DNA of 64,000 nucleotides from an uncultured Acidobacteriaceae bacterium (GTDB lineage Bacteria; Acidobacteriota; Terriglobia; Terriglobales; Acidobacteriaceae): NCBI GenBank assembly GCA_963774255.1, contig CAVZEH010000024.1, positions 59,610 to 123,609 of the forward strand, read 5' to 3'. Shown piece by piece: positions 54,344 to 64,000 of this stretch (position 1 is its first letter; each line of letters starts with the position of its first letter). The notes under the pieces were generated by a model. It saw only the letters and a program-made list of their open reading frames with translations, ran no database searches and was not told where the DNA came from. The position numbers and the translations under genes were made by a program.

Positions 54344-54559
54344 ATGGCATACAAAGGTAAGGTGAAGTGGTTTAATAACGCTAAGGGCTACGGTTTCATT
54401 GGGCGCGAAGACGGACCTGACGTGTTCGTTCATTACAGCGCGATTCAACTTGACGGGTACAAAAGCCTGAAAGAAGGAGACGATGTCGAATTCGACATTG
54501 TCCAGGGACAAAAGGGTCCTCAGGCCGATTCAGTAACCAGGGTCCGGGAAGTAGCCTGA
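54344..54559 (+). CDS. Cold-shock protein (CspA family)
   Basis: [34 protein letters not shown] (RNP1 KGYGFI, RNP2 VFVHY). Confidence 0.9.
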   Translation: MAYKGKVKWFNNAKGYGFIGREDGPDVFVHYSAIQLDGYKSLKEGDDVEFDIVQGQKGPQADSVTRVREVA

Positions 54560-54560
54560 C

Positions 54561-54588
54561 GAGAGCTGCGCACGCAGCAGCTCTTTAG
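54561..54588 (+). terminator. Rho-independent terminator after the csp gene
   Basis: GAGAGCTGC-GCACGCA-GCAGCTCT stem-loop followed by TTTAG. Confidence 0.5.
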
Positions 54589-54833
54589 TGCGTCCGGATG
54601 CGGCCGCCCCAGGGGTTCGCGAGGCCAGCTTGGGGTTCGCTTCGTCGACGGTGCTGTAAAGATATGGCGCCCGCTGCCATTCTTCGGCTGTGGCGAACGT
54701 AGGCAGTGTCTCGCCGCAGCCCGTCCTCCGGCAGTGGAATTATTTTCCTCGTCCCGCCACTCATGTATCCTGCGGCCTGGAGATGCTGCGGGGTGAAAGC
54801 CCCCTGCGATCCGCGCATATCAAGAGGGCCGGA

Positions 54834-56582
54834 GTGGACAACAAATCCATTGCACAGATGCTGGCGGAGACGGCCGACCTGCTGGAAATCGGCGGCGGCG
54901 ATCCCTTTCGCATCCGCTCTTACCGGCGCGCGGCGGAGGCGGTGGAGAACTCGACCAGCCAACTCAGCGCCATCGCGAATGAGCCCAAGCGCCTGCAGGA
55001 AATACCAGGCATCGGCAAAGGCATGGCGGCGAATATACAGGAGATTGAGGCGCGAGGCAGTCTCCCGCTACGCGATGAACTGCTCACAAAATACCGGCCT
55101 ACCATGCTCGAGCTTCTCAAGCTTCCCGGCATGGGGCCTAAGACAGTCTCGCTGCTGTGGGAGGCGCTGCAGATAGAGAACGTAGAGCAACTGCAAACCG
55201 CGATCGACGAGGGTCGGCTTGAGACTCTGCCGAGATTCGGTGAGAAGCTCATTGAAAAGTTGAAGCGCGGAGTCGCCGAGTACCGCAAGAACAGCGGTCG
55301 CGTCCGCGTGGATCAAGCGGAGACGGCCGCGGAACGATTGACGCTCTACCTCCTGCAATTTGCAGGAATCGATCGCGTGACCCCGGCGGGCTCCCTGCGG
55401 CGCGGGCGCGAGACCATCGGTGACCTGGACTTTCTGGTGACCGGGCCGGCATGCTCTGAAGACAAGGTAGCTGCCGCGGTGGAATACACGGCGGCCTACC
55501 CGCCGATTGCGGATCTCCTGGCAAAGGGCCAGAACAAGGTGAGCTTCCGCTTGCGCACCGGCCTGCAAATCGACGTGCGGCTGATGCCGGTGAGCTGCTA
55601 TGGCGCCGCCCTGCAATACTTCACCGGCTCGAAGATGCACAATGTCTCGCTCCGCCAGCGCGCGTTGAAGCGGGGATACACGTTGAGCGAATACTCTCTG
55701 GCGAGGCTGGAGGATGGAGCGCCGGTGGCCGGGGCGACGGAAGAGGAGATCTACTCTGCGCTGGGGCTGGACTGGATTCCTCCGGAGCTGCGTGAGAACC
55801 AGGGCGAGCTCGAAGCCGCCGCCGAACACCGTTTGCCGAAGCTCATCGAGCAGAGCGATCTGCGCGGCGATGTACACATGCACACGCAGGCCACGGACGG
55901 ACGAAACACCATCCTCGAGATGGCGGAGGCAGCCGTGGCGCGCGGCTACGCCTACATCGCCATCACCGACCACTCGAAGAATCTGGCCATGACCAACGGC
56001 CTCGATGACAAGCGCGCGCTCGAGCATATCCAGCGCATCCGCGAAGTGGATGCGGAGATGGGAGGACGCATCCGCATTCTCACCGGGATTGAAGTCGACA
56101 TTCTGGGCGACGGAGAAATCGACCTCTCGAATGAGGTGCTCGCGCAGATAGACGTGGTCATCGCCAGCGTACACTCGCTTTTCAATCAGGATAAAGAGCA
56201 GATGACCGAACGCATGCTCAAAGCTCTGGAGAATCCCTATGTCCGGATTCTCGGCCACCCGACAGGACGATTGCTGCTCAGAAGAGACGGCTACGAGATG
56301 GACCTGGCGGCAGTGCTGAAGCAGGCGGCAAAGCTAGGTGTGGCGATCGAGCACAACGCTTATCCCGACCGCCTGGATCTCTGCGACGTTCATCTACGCC
56401 AAGCCAAGGAAGCAGGCGCGAAGATCGTGATAAACACGGATTCGCATCATATCAGCCACTTAGACAATATGCGCTATGGAGTACTTCAGTTGAAACGCGC
56501 CTGGCTGGAAAGCGGCGACGTATTGAATACCCTGCCTGTGGATCAGTTTCTGGCGTCGCTGCGGCCGAAACCGGCGAGTTAG
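54834..56582 (+). CDS. polX: Family X DNA polymerase with C-terminal PHP domain (PolX)
   Basis: A GTG start gives (M)DNKSIAQMLAETADLLEIGGGDPFRIRSYRRAA. HhH LQEIPGIGKGMA. Nucleotidyltransferase GSLRRGRETIGDLDFLV. PHP GDVHMHTQATDG...ITDHS. The ORF is open from 54690. Confidence 0.85.
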   Translation: MDNKSIAQMLAETADLLEIGGGDPFRIRSYRRAAEAVENSTSQLSAIANEPKRLQEIPGIGKGMAANIQEIEARGSLPLRDELLTKYRPTMLELLKLPGMGPKTVSLLWEALQIENVEQLQTAIDEGRLETLPRFGEKLIEKLKRGVAEYRKNSGRVRVDQAETAAERLTLYLLQFAGIDRVTPAGSLRRGRETIGDLDFLVTGPACSEDKVAAAVEYTAAYPPIADLLAKGQNKVSFRLRTGLQIDVRLMPVSCYGAALQYFTGSKMHNVSLRQRALKRGYTLSEYSLARLEDGAPVAGATEEEIYSALGLDWIPPELRENQGELEAAAEHRLPKLIEQSDLRGDVHMHTQATDGRNTILEMAEAAVARGYAYIAITDHSKNLAMTNGLDDKRALEHIQRIREVDAEMGGRIRILTGIEVDILGDGEIDLSNEVLAQIDVVIASVHSLFNQDKEQMTERMLKALENPYVRILGHPTGRLLLRRDGYEMDLAAVLKQAAKLGVAIEHNAYPDRLDLCDVHLRQAKEAGAKIVINTDSHHISHLDNMRYGVLQLKRAWLESGDVLNTLPVDQFLASLRPKPAS

Positions 56583-56667
56583 CAGCAAATCTTCCGATGT
56601 GACAACGCTTGATTACCAGGGTATACATCGAAATGTACGGTGGACTTCCGTACAAGGGAGAAGAGCC

Positions 56668-56914
56668 ATGGCAGTTGGCAAGCGGCGCACGGAACGGACG
56701 GAAGCCCGTCTTCTTCCCGAGCAAAAAATGCGAATTGAACGAGCGGCCAATATCAAGGGGCTCTCGTTTCTCCGACTTCATAGTTCAACATGCGGACGAG
56801 GCGGCTATCCGAACGATTCAACAGCATACCAGTTGGACGTTGGAAAATAAGGATCGCGATTTCTTTGTCCAGGCCCTGATGATGACGAGTCCCGCAGGGA
56901 CGGCAAGAAAATAG
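56668..56914 (+). pseudogene. DUF1778 (TacA-like RHH) antitoxin, frameshifted and orphan
   Basis: MAVGKRRTERTEARLLPEQKMRIERAANIKG... switches frame near 56760 to ...SDFIVQHADEAAIRTIQQHTSWTLENKDRDFFVQAL. No GNAT toxin gene follows. Confidence 0.55.
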
Positions 56915-57111
56915 CCCAGCACGCCAGTGCTGGGGCCGTTCAGGAAAACAAGCCGAGTCCCGCAGGGACGACTGATACATATCCCCATAAATTGCGCCGT
57001 CTCACATCGCTGAGGAATGATTCAGCCGTCCCTGCGGGACTTCCCTGATAAACCAAGGTCTCCCCAGCACTGACGTGCTGGGCTATTTTCTTGTCGTCCC
57101 TCCGGGACTCG
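56888..57111. repeat. REP family 4 inverted doublet
   Basis: GTCCCGCAGGGACGGCAAGAAAATAGCCCAGCACGCCAGTGCTGGGG (56888-56936) and its inverted copy (57061-57111), with extra GTCCCGCAGGGAC units between them. Confidence 0.75.
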
Positions 57112-57214
57112 AAGACTGATCTTCACCGTTTCAACTCTTTTGGCTACCTATTCAAACAGTTCACAGTATTCCTGAAAATGCTTTAGTATCCTGAGTCATT
57201 AATTAGCGTGACAA

Positions 57215-57263
57215 TTTTGTCATCTCGACCGGAGCGCAGCGGAGTGGAGAGATTTGCGGTTTC
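57215..57263. repeat. REP family 3 copy, left flank of the RAYT neighbourhood
   Basis: TTTTGTCATCTCGACCGGAGCGCAGCGGAGTGGAGAGATTTGCGGTTTC. An inverted partner lies at 59326-59374. Confidence 0.8.
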
Positions 57264-57423
57264 AGCGATCTACGCTGCATCCCCGGTTTTTGAACTATGC
57301 TGCGAACTTCTGACTCATCACACTAGTATCCGGGAATATCCGCTCTTACCTCTAAAAGCCGCGTCAATTCTGTGATGTCACCTGAGACACCATAGACTCG
57401 TGAGAACGGTCCTCGAATGATCC

Positions 57424-57834
57424 GTGCTCATCAGCGCGCTTCGCTCGAGCACCGGAGCCGCAGCGGAAACTGTCCGGCTGGCGCTGAGAAGCGAACTAAC
57501 AGCTCTCATGGACTACAAGCTGGCCTGCGAGTATCGGGATGTGGCGCTACGTGCGGAACAGTTGCAGGTATCGGGCAAATCGCGAGCGGAGACGGCATCG
57601 ATTCTGGATGCGCTGGAAGCAATTGCCGAGCCGGTCTTTGTTGCCTTTCAGTATCGTCCGTTATCGCCGGATGCAAACGACGATATGGTGTTGGATGTGG
57701 CAATCAACGGAAATGCCGACGCGATCGTGACCAACAATAAGAAGCATCTTCGTGAAGCAGCAGAGCGTTTTCACCTGGAAGTGTTGACTCCTTCCGAGCT
57801 ATTGAGCAAAGTCCGAAAGCCGTTGAGGAGATAG
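57424..57834 (+). CDS. PIN-domain toxin, N-terminus interrupted by a stop
   Basis: ...LSPDANDDMVLDVAINGNADAIVTNNKKHL is PIN-like. The upstream in-frame sequence reads VRTVLE-TGA-SVLISAL, where family members have MRVVLDTNVLISAL, so the first acidic catalytic residue region is cut off. Confidence 0.55.
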   Translation: MLISALRSSTGAAAETVRLALRSELTALMDYKLACEYRDVALRAEQLQVSGKSRAETASILDALEAIAEPVFVAFQYRPLSPDANDDMVLDVAINGNADAIVTNNKKHLREAAERFHLEVLTPSELLSKVRKPLRR

Positions 57835-57839
57835 AGTCT

Positions 57840-58181
57840 ATGTCTGTAAGTCAGAAGAAAGTCGCCGTGAGCAAGTTCCCCCTCCGGCTCATGCCTTCCG
57901 TGCGCCGGGTAGCGGAGAACTTCTCTCAGAAGGAGGGTGTTTCGCTCAACCAGTTCATCAACATTGCCGTGGCCGAAAAGCTCGCTCATCTCCAACATGA
58001 GGAATGGTTGGGACATCGACCCAAAGCAAGTGCTGCTTTAATTGCGAAGGCGCTCGACATTCTTGACCGCCCGAGCGGTCAAGTACCCGAAAAAGACGAC
58101 CAGCTTCCGAAGGGCTATGTCTCAATCCGCCGCAAATACGCAGAACGGAAAGTTTCTGTGACCTCCAAACAAAGGCTCTGA
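57840..58181 (+). CDS. RHH/HicB-like antitoxin-type DNA-binding protein
   Basis: FPLRLMPSVRRVAENFSQKEGVSLNQFINIAVAEKLAHL is the typical Arc/CopG-like pattern. It lies 5 nt after the PIN ORF. Confidence 0.55.
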   Translation: MSVSQKKVAVSKFPLRLMPSVRRVAENFSQKEGVSLNQFINIAVAEKLAHLQHEEWLGHRPKASAALIAKALDILDRPSGQVPEKDDQLPKGYVSIRRKYAERKVSVTSKQRL

Positions 58182-58279
58182 CAGCCCAAGATCGCACCGT
58201 GAGGCTGGCATTGTGAACCAGACAAACCGCCGAAGTGTCCCCATTTTTCCCTGCCGCCCTGTCTCACTTTCGGGGTGCA

Positions 58280-58993
58280 CTACAGAAATAGGGCGACATG
58301 ATACCTATTGCAACAATTCCAATTGCTCGCCGACAACGTTGGCTGCCGCTTTCGTCCCGGAGCGCGCCGCGCAATGGGTCTGCCGAGCAAGCGCTCAAGA
58401 CCAACGACAAATTCTTCTGTTCCGAGGGGTCGCCCGCTTCCTTCCGCTTGTCGGAGTTCGACGAAGGCCTCGTCTTGATCGCTCAACAGCAGATCTGCAA
58501 AGTGCGGTACCAGGTCGAGCACAGGACGGACCGTAACTAGGCCATCGTCCCTGCCGGCAAGATGGGCGCGAACGCTCGACCAAGGCCACGCTTCAGCATG
58601 CGATACCAGGCGCGCTCGTACAGGATTGAGACTGACATAGCAGATCGCCGCTAACAGATGTGACTGATCCATTGCCACCGACGCGAAGCGGCTCTGGAAC
58701 AAGTGTCCGGTCCAACGACCACGAGCGTTTATGAAATTGGTGTAACGTCGATGCGCCTCTCCCACCGCGCGGCCGAGGCCGTCGGCCTGCTCTGGCCTGA
58801 GAATCAGGTGCACGTGGTTTGGCATCAGACAGTAGCCCCATACCTCGACACCGGCTTTGCGCGCCTGCTCCACCAGAAGATCACGATAGATCTCCTGGTC
58901 GCCGTTCTGGAAGAAAAGGGCCTCACGACGGTTCCCACGTTGCGTCACGTGGTGGGGAAGGCCGGGGATCACCATACGGGCCAGTGGCGTCAT
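58280..58993 (-). CDS. REP-associated tyrosine transposase (RAYT, IS200/IS605-like Y1 family)
   Basis: GLPHHVTQRGNRRE..., HUH motif CLMPNHVHLIL, catalytic Tyr region ICYVSLNPVRARLV. Confidence 0.85.
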   Translation of the reverse strand: MTPLARMVIPGLPHHVTQRGNRREALFFQNGDQEIYRDLLVEQARKAGVEVWGYCLMPNHVHLILRPEQADGLGRAVGEAHRRYTNFINARGRWTGHLFQSRFASVAMDQSHLLAAICYVSLNPVRARLVSHAEAWPWSSVRAHLAGRDDGLVTVRPVLDLVPHFADLLLSDQDEAFVELRQAEGSGRPLGTEEFVVGLERLLGRPIARRAPGRKRQPTLSASNWNCCNRYHVALFL

Positions 58994-59325
58994 GCAGCCT
59001 AACCTAACACGAACTGCCGAAAGCGGAAATAGGTATCATGTCGCCGTATTCCTTGCCGATTCCTTGCCGTATTCCTTGTCCGAAGCCAAGCACGTCGAGA
59101 AACTCGAATACATGCACTGGAATCCTGTGAGGCGAGGACTGGCAATGGTCGAGCTATGGCCACTATTGCACTGGAGAACAACGACAGGTGCGAATTGAGT
59201 CTTGCTGGACAATGCATTGGAAGCCAGCCTGAATTATCCCAGGTACGCTGGTGCGGACGTGGGGCACCCTCTGTTTTCCGGCGTTGCGGAAAAGAAACCC
59301 AGGGCACCCGCCGTTTGGAAAGATG

Positions 59326-59374
59326 GAAACCGCAGATCTCTCCACTCCGCTGCGCTCCGGTCGAGATGACAAAA
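59326..59374. repeat. REP family 3 copy, right flank of the RAYT neighbourhood (inverted)
   Basis: GAAACCGCAGATCTCTCCACTCCGCTGCGCTCCGGTCGAGATGACAAAA is the reverse complement of the 57215-57263 copy, with one or two mismatches. Confidence 0.8.
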
Positions 59375-59457
59375 TTATTAGGTGCTGTTGCCGATGAAGC
59401 GTTCACCGTCCACTGTCATCCTTCGTGGGCTCCCAATTCGGGAGTGGGATTCCTAAC

Positions 59458-60333
59458 TTATCGCCTTCCGTCCTCTAGCAAGGTGCGGAGATAACTTCCG
59501 TAGCCGCTCTTACCTACCTTGGTAATGAGCTGCTCCAGGCGGGTGCGGTCGATCCAGCCCAGGTTATAGGCAATTTCTTCCGGGCACGCTATCTTCAGTC
59601 CTTGCCGCTTCTCGATAGTCGCGATAAAGATCGAAGCTTCTATCAACGAATCGTGAGTGCCTGTATCCAGCCAGGCTACGCCGCGGCCTAAGACTTCCGT
59701 GCGCAGAGCCCCCTTGTTCATATAGTGGCGATTGACGTCTGTGATTTCAAGCTCGCCGCGCGCCGAGGGCTTGATCTGGCGCGCTATCTCAGGAGCTCCG
59801 CCGTCGTAAAAGTATAGCCCGGTAACAGCGTAGCGGGACTTAGGCTTGGGCGGTTTTTCTTCGATCGAGAGCGCGCGGCCGGCGGCGTCGAACTCCACCA
59901 CTCCGTAACGCTCGGGGTCGGAGACCTGGTAAGCAAAGACCACCGCTCCTTCCCTTATTTGCGCGGCAATCTTCAGGATGCGGGCAAGCTCCTGGCCGTA
60001 GAAGATGTTGTCTCCAAGAATCAGCGCGCTCGGCTCGCCTGCGAGGAACTCCTCGGCAATGATTAGTGCCTGCGCCAGTCCGTCCGGCGAGGGCTGCACC
60101 GCATATTGAAATGACATTCCCCACTGTTCGCCCGAGCCCAGAAGACGCTCGAAGAGCTTGGTGTCCAATGGAGTCGAGATGATGAGCGCCTCCCGTATTC
60201 CGGCCAACATGAGCACCGAGAGCGGGTAGTAGATCATCGGCTTGTCATAGACGGGGAGCAGTTGCTTGGAAACGACGTGGGTCACGGGATAGAGGCGCGT
60301 CCCCGACCCGCCCGCTAGGATAATACCCTTCAT
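59458..60333 (-). CDS. rfbA: Glucose-1-phosphate thymidylyltransferase
   Basis: [38 protein letters not shown]. Confidence 0.9.
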   Translation of the reverse strand: MKGIILAGGSGTRLYPVTHVVSKQLLPVYDKPMIYYPLSVLMLAGIREALIISTPLDTKLFERLLGSGEQWGMSFQYAVQPSPDGLAQALIIAEEFLAGEPSALILGDNIFYGQELARILKIAAQIREGAVVFAYQVSDPERYGVVEFDAAGRALSIEEKPPKPKSRYAVTGLYFYDGGAPEIARQIKPSARGELEITDVNRHYMNKGALRTEVLGRGVAWLDTGTHDSLIEASIFIATIEKRQGLKIACPEEIAYNLGWIDRTRLEQLITKVGKSGYGSYLRTLLEDGRR

Positions 60334-61424
60334 CGAACCGCCTCCCCGCGCGTCGAGTAGTTGCTATCGATCCACTGGCGATAGGCTCCGCTGGTGACTT
60401 GCTCGACCCAGGCCTGGTTCTGGAGATACCACTCCACCGTGCGGCGCAGGCCGGAAGCGAAGGTTTCCGCCGGCCGCCAGCCGAGCTCCCGCTCGATTTT
60501 CAGCGCATTGATGGCGTAGCGGCGGTCGTGGCCTGGCCGGTCTTTGACAAATGCGATCAGCCCGCTGTGCGGCCGGTGCGGAGAGGTGGGCAGCATCTCG
60601 TCCAACAACTGGCAGAGCAGGTGAACCGTATTCAGGTTGGACTGCTCGTTGCGGCCTCCGATGTTGTAGGTCTCGCCGATTCGCCCGCCTTCAAGCACGG
60701 CGCGCAGCGCAGAGCAGTGATCGCCCACATACAGCCAATCGCGCACCTGCAGGCCATCTCCGTAGACCGGCAGCGGCTTGCCGGCAACCGCATTGGCAAT
60801 CATGAGCGGTAGAAGCTTCTCAGGAAATTGATATGGGCCGTAGTTGTTGGAGCAATTTGTGGTGATGGCGGGAAAACCATAGCTATGGACGTAGGAGCGA
60901 ACCAAATGGTCGGATGCAGCCTTGGACGCCGCATAGGGACTGTTGGGAGCATACGCGGTTGTCTCCTCGAAGGGCGGCTCTTCGGGACCAAGCGTGCCGT
61001 AGACCTCATCGGTCGAGACATGCAGAAAGCGAAAAGCCTCCCGGTCGCGGGCGGTGAGTTTGGCGAGATAGGCGCGCGTGGCTTCGAGCAGGCAGAAGGT
61101 TCCGTGAATGTTCGTCTGAATGAAGGCCTCGGGCCCCAGCAGCGAGCGGTCGACATGGCTTTCCGCCGCGAAGTGCACGATGGCGCGGGGCTGGTACTGC
61201 TCCAGCACGCGATCCAGGCAGGACCGTTCGCAGATGTCGCCGTGCTCGAAACTGTAACCTGCGTGCTGCTCGATCGACGTCAGATTCTGCAGGTTTCCCG
61301 CGTAGGTGAGCTTGTCAAGATTCACCACGGGTGAACCGGCCAGCTTGAGCCAGTCCAAAACAAAATTGGACCCAATGAAGCCGGCTCCCCCGGTGATCAG
61401 GATTGGCGATGAATCGTTCAACAT
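60330..61424 (-). CDS. rfbB: dTDP-glucose 4,6-dehydratase
   Basis: [35 protein letters not shown] (YxxxK). 4-nt overlap with rfbA. Confidence 0.9.
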   Translation of the reverse strand: MLNDSSPILITGGAGFIGSNFVLDWLKLAGSPVVNLDKLTYAGNLQNLTSIEQHAGYSFEHGDICERSCLDRVLEQYQPRAIVHFAAESHVDRSLLGPEAFIQTNIHGTFCLLEATRAYLAKLTARDREAFRFLHVSTDEVYGTLGPEEPPFEETTAYAPNSPYAASKAASDHLVRSYVHSYGFPAITTNCSNNYGPYQFPEKLLPLMIANAVAGKPLPVYGDGLQVRDWLYVGDHCSALRAVLEGGRIGETYNIGGRNEQSNLNTVHLLCQLLDEMLPTSPHRPHSGLIAFVKDRPGHDRRYAINALKIERELGWRPAETFASGLRRTVEWYLQNQAWVEQVTSGAYRQWIDSNYSTRGEAVR

Positions 61425-61662
61425 TCTTCCTCAATGATAATTTGCAGGTTTAGTGCCGAAGTTGGCATCGTTGTAACCGCAGACCTCTCCACTCCGCTTC
61501 CCAGCCCAGCAAGCTTCACTTGCCGGGGACCCCGGTTTCACTCTCTCAAAAATCATCCAGGGAAATCCGACCATCAGTTTCTAGCCGTTGCCATAACTTT
61601 GTCATCTCCACGGGTGGGCACGAGGCCCATCAACACTACGGTCGAGCTGACAAGTTTCCCCA

Positions 61663-62610
61663 CTAGCTCCGGGCGGGCAGATTTGCCCGGAAATAGTCGA
61701 GCGACAGCTCCAAGCCCCGGCGCAAATCGATTTTAGGCTCCCACCCGAGAAGCTTCTTGGCCTTGGTGATGTCGGGGCAGCGCTGTATGGGGTCGTCCTC
61801 CGGAAGGGGACGATAACAAATCTTGCTGCGCGATCCGGTGACGGAGAGAACCTCTTGCGCGCAATCGCGGATGGTCCATTCCCCCGGGTTGCCGATGTTG
61901 ACTGGAAGATGCTCCTGCGAGCGGGAGAGCAGGAGGATGCCGGAAATCAGATCGGAGACATAACAAAAGCTTCGTGTCTGGCTTCCGTCGCCGTAGATTG
62001 TCAGATCCTCTTCGAGCAGCGCCTGAACCACCAGGTTCGATATCACGCGCCCGTCGTTCGGCTGCAAACGCGGCCCGTAGGTGTTGAAGATGCGAACCAT
62101 CCGCGTGTCGACCTGGTAATAGCGGTAGTAGGCCATGATCAGCGCCTCGGAAAACCGCTTGGCTTCATCGTAGACCGAGCGCGGGCCAATGGGATTGACA
62201 TGCCCCCAGTAGGTTTCGCTCTGGGGGTGGACAACGGGATCGCCGTAACACTCGGAGGTAGAGGCATGGAGAAAGCGCGCCTGGTATTTACGCGCGACCT
62301 CCAGGGCATTTCTGGTCCCGGAGGAGCCTACGTGCAAGGTTTCCGGGCCAAGGGTTAAATAGCCGGGCGGACTCGCCGGTGAAGCGAAGTTGTAGACCCA
62401 GGCCACCGGCCCCAGGTCGAATGGCTTGCAGATATCCAGTTCGGCCAATAGAAATCTCGGCTCCTTGGACAGGTGGGCGAGATTCACCGCGCGCCCGGTG
62501 GAGAAATTATCGATGCCGACGACGCTATAGCCCTCGCCCAACAATGCGTCACACAGATGCGATCCGAGAAATCCCGCGGCGCCGGTTACCAGAACACGTT
62601 GATTGGTCAA
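61663..62610 (-). CDS. UDP-glucuronate decarboxylase (UDP-xylose synthase)
   Basis: RVLVTGAAGFLGSHLCDAL, YDEAKRFSE, IFNTYGPR. Typical UXS pattern. Confidence 0.8.
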   Translation of the reverse strand: MTNQRVLVTGAAGFLGSHLCDALLGEGYSVVGIDNFSTGRAVNLAHLSKEPRFLLAELDICKPFDLGPVAWVYNFASPASPPGYLTLGPETLHVGSSGTRNALEVARKYQARFLHASTSECYGDPVVHPQSETYWGHVNPIGPRSVYDEAKRFSEALIMAYYRYYQVDTRMVRIFNTYGPRLQPNDGRVISNLVVQALLEEDLTIYGDGSQTRSFCYVSDLISGILLLSRSQEHLPVNIGNPGEWTIRDCAQEVLSVTGSRSKICYRPLPEDDPIQRCPDITKAKKLLGWEPKIDLRRGLELSLDYFRANLPARS

Positions 62611-62643
62611 AATTGAAGTCTCACCCCGCTTGAGAAAAAGATG

Positions 62644-64000
62644 CTAGGGCCAGCGATTCGTCGAGGCAGATTCAATCGACGCATGTGGCGCCGGCCGGCC
62701 CATACTGAGATAGGTAAAGCCCAGTTCCTGCATCTGCCGGGGATCGTAAAGATTGCGGCCATCGATAATAATCGGATAGCGCAAGGTGTAGCGCAGCTTA
62801 GGCAGATCAAGCCGGCTAAAGTCGGGCCAGTCGGTAAGAATCAGCAAGGCATCGGAATTTTCCGCCGCTGCGAAAGCGTCATCGACATAGTGCAGGCATG
62901 AATCGGGAGGCAGAACCTGCTCCGCTCGCTCCCTGGCCGCAGGATCGAAGGCATAGATAGAAGCGCCTGCCTCGCGCAGCATCCCGATAATCTTTAGCGA
63001 TGGAGACTCGCGGATATCGTCCGTGCCGCCCTTAAAAGCCAGCCCCAGCACACCCAAGCGTTTGCCGCGAAGCGTCCACAGCGCGGACCGGACCTTCTGA
63101 AAGAAGCGATCCTTCTGGTTCTCGTTAATCTTCTCAACTTCCCTGAGCAGGCTGAAATCGACGCCCAACTGCTGAGCTACATAACGGAACGCGGCCACAT
63201 CTTTGGGGAAACAGGAGCCTCCATAGCCCACGCCTGCATGTAAAAAGCGCATACCGATACGCCGGTCGAGGCCCATTCCCCGCGCCACCTCCTCCACGTC
63301 GGCATCGACCGCTTCACAGAGGTTCGCCACCACGTTGATGAAGGAAATCTTCATGGCCAGGAATGCATTGGAGGCATGCTTGATGAGCTCAGCGGCCTTG
63401 GCGGACGTCGATAGGACCGGCGGCGGATCGGCGGCGCTGCGGCCGCCGGGAACGGCATCGGAGCGTTCGTAATACTCTCCCGATGAGAGCGGCTGATAAA
63501 TCGCCCCGAGAAGCTGGGCGGCGGATTCACTGTTGCAGCCGAGGACGATGCGGTCGGGATGAAGAAAGTCCTTGACCGCGGTGCCTTCGCGCAAGAACTC
63601 CGGATTTGAGGCCACGTCGAACATGGAGCGGGAGACACCGTTGCGTTCAATGATGCGGCGAATCCAATCGTTGGTGTATACCGGGACAGTGCTCTTTTCA
63701 ACGATTACTTTGTAGGAGTCGATGGATCGCGCAATCTCTCCGGCCACCGCATCGACATAGGAAAGATCGGCATTGCCGGTCTCGGTCTGCGGGGTGCCTA
63801 CGGCAATGAAGATGGCCTGCGATGCCTGCGTGGCCTGGCGCAGATCGCTGGTGAACTGCACCCGGCCGCTCAGACGATGGCGTCCCAGTAGCTCGGGAAG
63901 AAAATCCTCGTGGATCGGGACGCCACCCTCGTTGAGCATCGTCACCTTGGCTTCATCGTTGTCAACACAAAACACGCGATGGCCTATTTCAGCGAAGCAT
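62644..64000 (-). CDS. ugd: UDP-glucose 6-dehydrogenase, N-terminus beyond the right edge
   Basis: GGSCFPKDV catalytic Cys region and LAFKGGTDDIRESP. The reading frame is still open at 64000 (...CFAEIGHRVFCVDNDEAKV). Confidence 0.85.
   Translation of the reverse strand, partial: CFAEIGHRVFCVDNDEAKVTMLNEGGVPIHEDFLPELLGRHRLSGRVQFTSDLRQATQASQAIFIAVGTPQTETGNADLSYVDAVAGEIARSIDSYKVIVEKSTVPVYTNDWIRRIIERNGVSRSMFDVASNPEFLREGTAVKDFLHPDRIVLGCNSESAAQLLGAIYQPLSSGEYYERSDAVPGGRSAADPPPVLSTSAKAAELIKHASNAFLAMKISFINVVANLCEAVDADVEEVARGMGLDRRIGMRFLHAGVGYGGSCFPKDVAAFRYVAQQLGVDFSLLREVEKINENQKDRFFQKVRSALWTLRGKRLGVLGLAFKGGTDDIRESPSLKIIGMLREAGASIYAFDPAARERAEQVLPPDSCLHYVDDAFAAAENSDALLILTDWPDFSRLDLPKLRYTLRYPIIIDGRNLYDPRQMQELGFTYLSMGRPAPHASIESASTNRWP

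Noticed and set aside
55068-56258. 396-aa antisense ORF inside polX
   Set aside because: The plus strand encodes a complete PolX with HhH, nucleotidyltransferase and PHP motifs. The antisense product is low-complexity and Arg/Leu-rich.

Overview
The window looks like a chromosomal segment from a moderately GC-rich soil bacterium. The gene content (bshC, Tat-exported enzymes, type III PKS) and several dense REP-like repeat families suggest Acidobacteriota, but that is inference only.

Three zones:
- (i) 1-6446: housekeeping or accessory genes. These are an MFS transporter, a YncE-like beta-propeller protein, a Tat-signal MmgE/PrpD protein and an OmpR/HK two-component pair.
- (ii) about 6545-23074: a decayed mosaic island anchored at a tRNA-Glu(UUC) gene.
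- (iii) 23.1-64 kb: intact core genes. These include yhhQ, qor, an RND efflux pair, a type III PKS operon, siroheme and sulfite/nitrite reductase genes, Phe/Tyr catabolism, ispA, bshC, cspA, polX and dTDP/UDP-sugar genes. They are interspersed with at least three REP families, a 287-bp tandem REP array, a full IS110-family element, a REP-associated tyrosine transposase (RAYT) and decayed toxin-antitoxin genes.

The island holds three copies of an unclassified non-coding repeat of about 570 bp. Each copy begins with a mimic of the tRNA-Glu 3' end junction, which suggests serial integrations. The island also holds many frame-disrupted genes: sulfatase, FGE, integrase, relaxase and an IS110 fragment.

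The most interesting locus is a co-directional vsr-dcm cluster followed by five ORFs (15526-19575). They are built around a MutL/MORC-type GHKL ATPase with four partners I cannot assign to any family. I propose it as a candidate uncharacterised methylation-linked defence module, with the caveat that it shows signs of decay.

All calls come from reading the translations and the sequence by eye. No searches were run.
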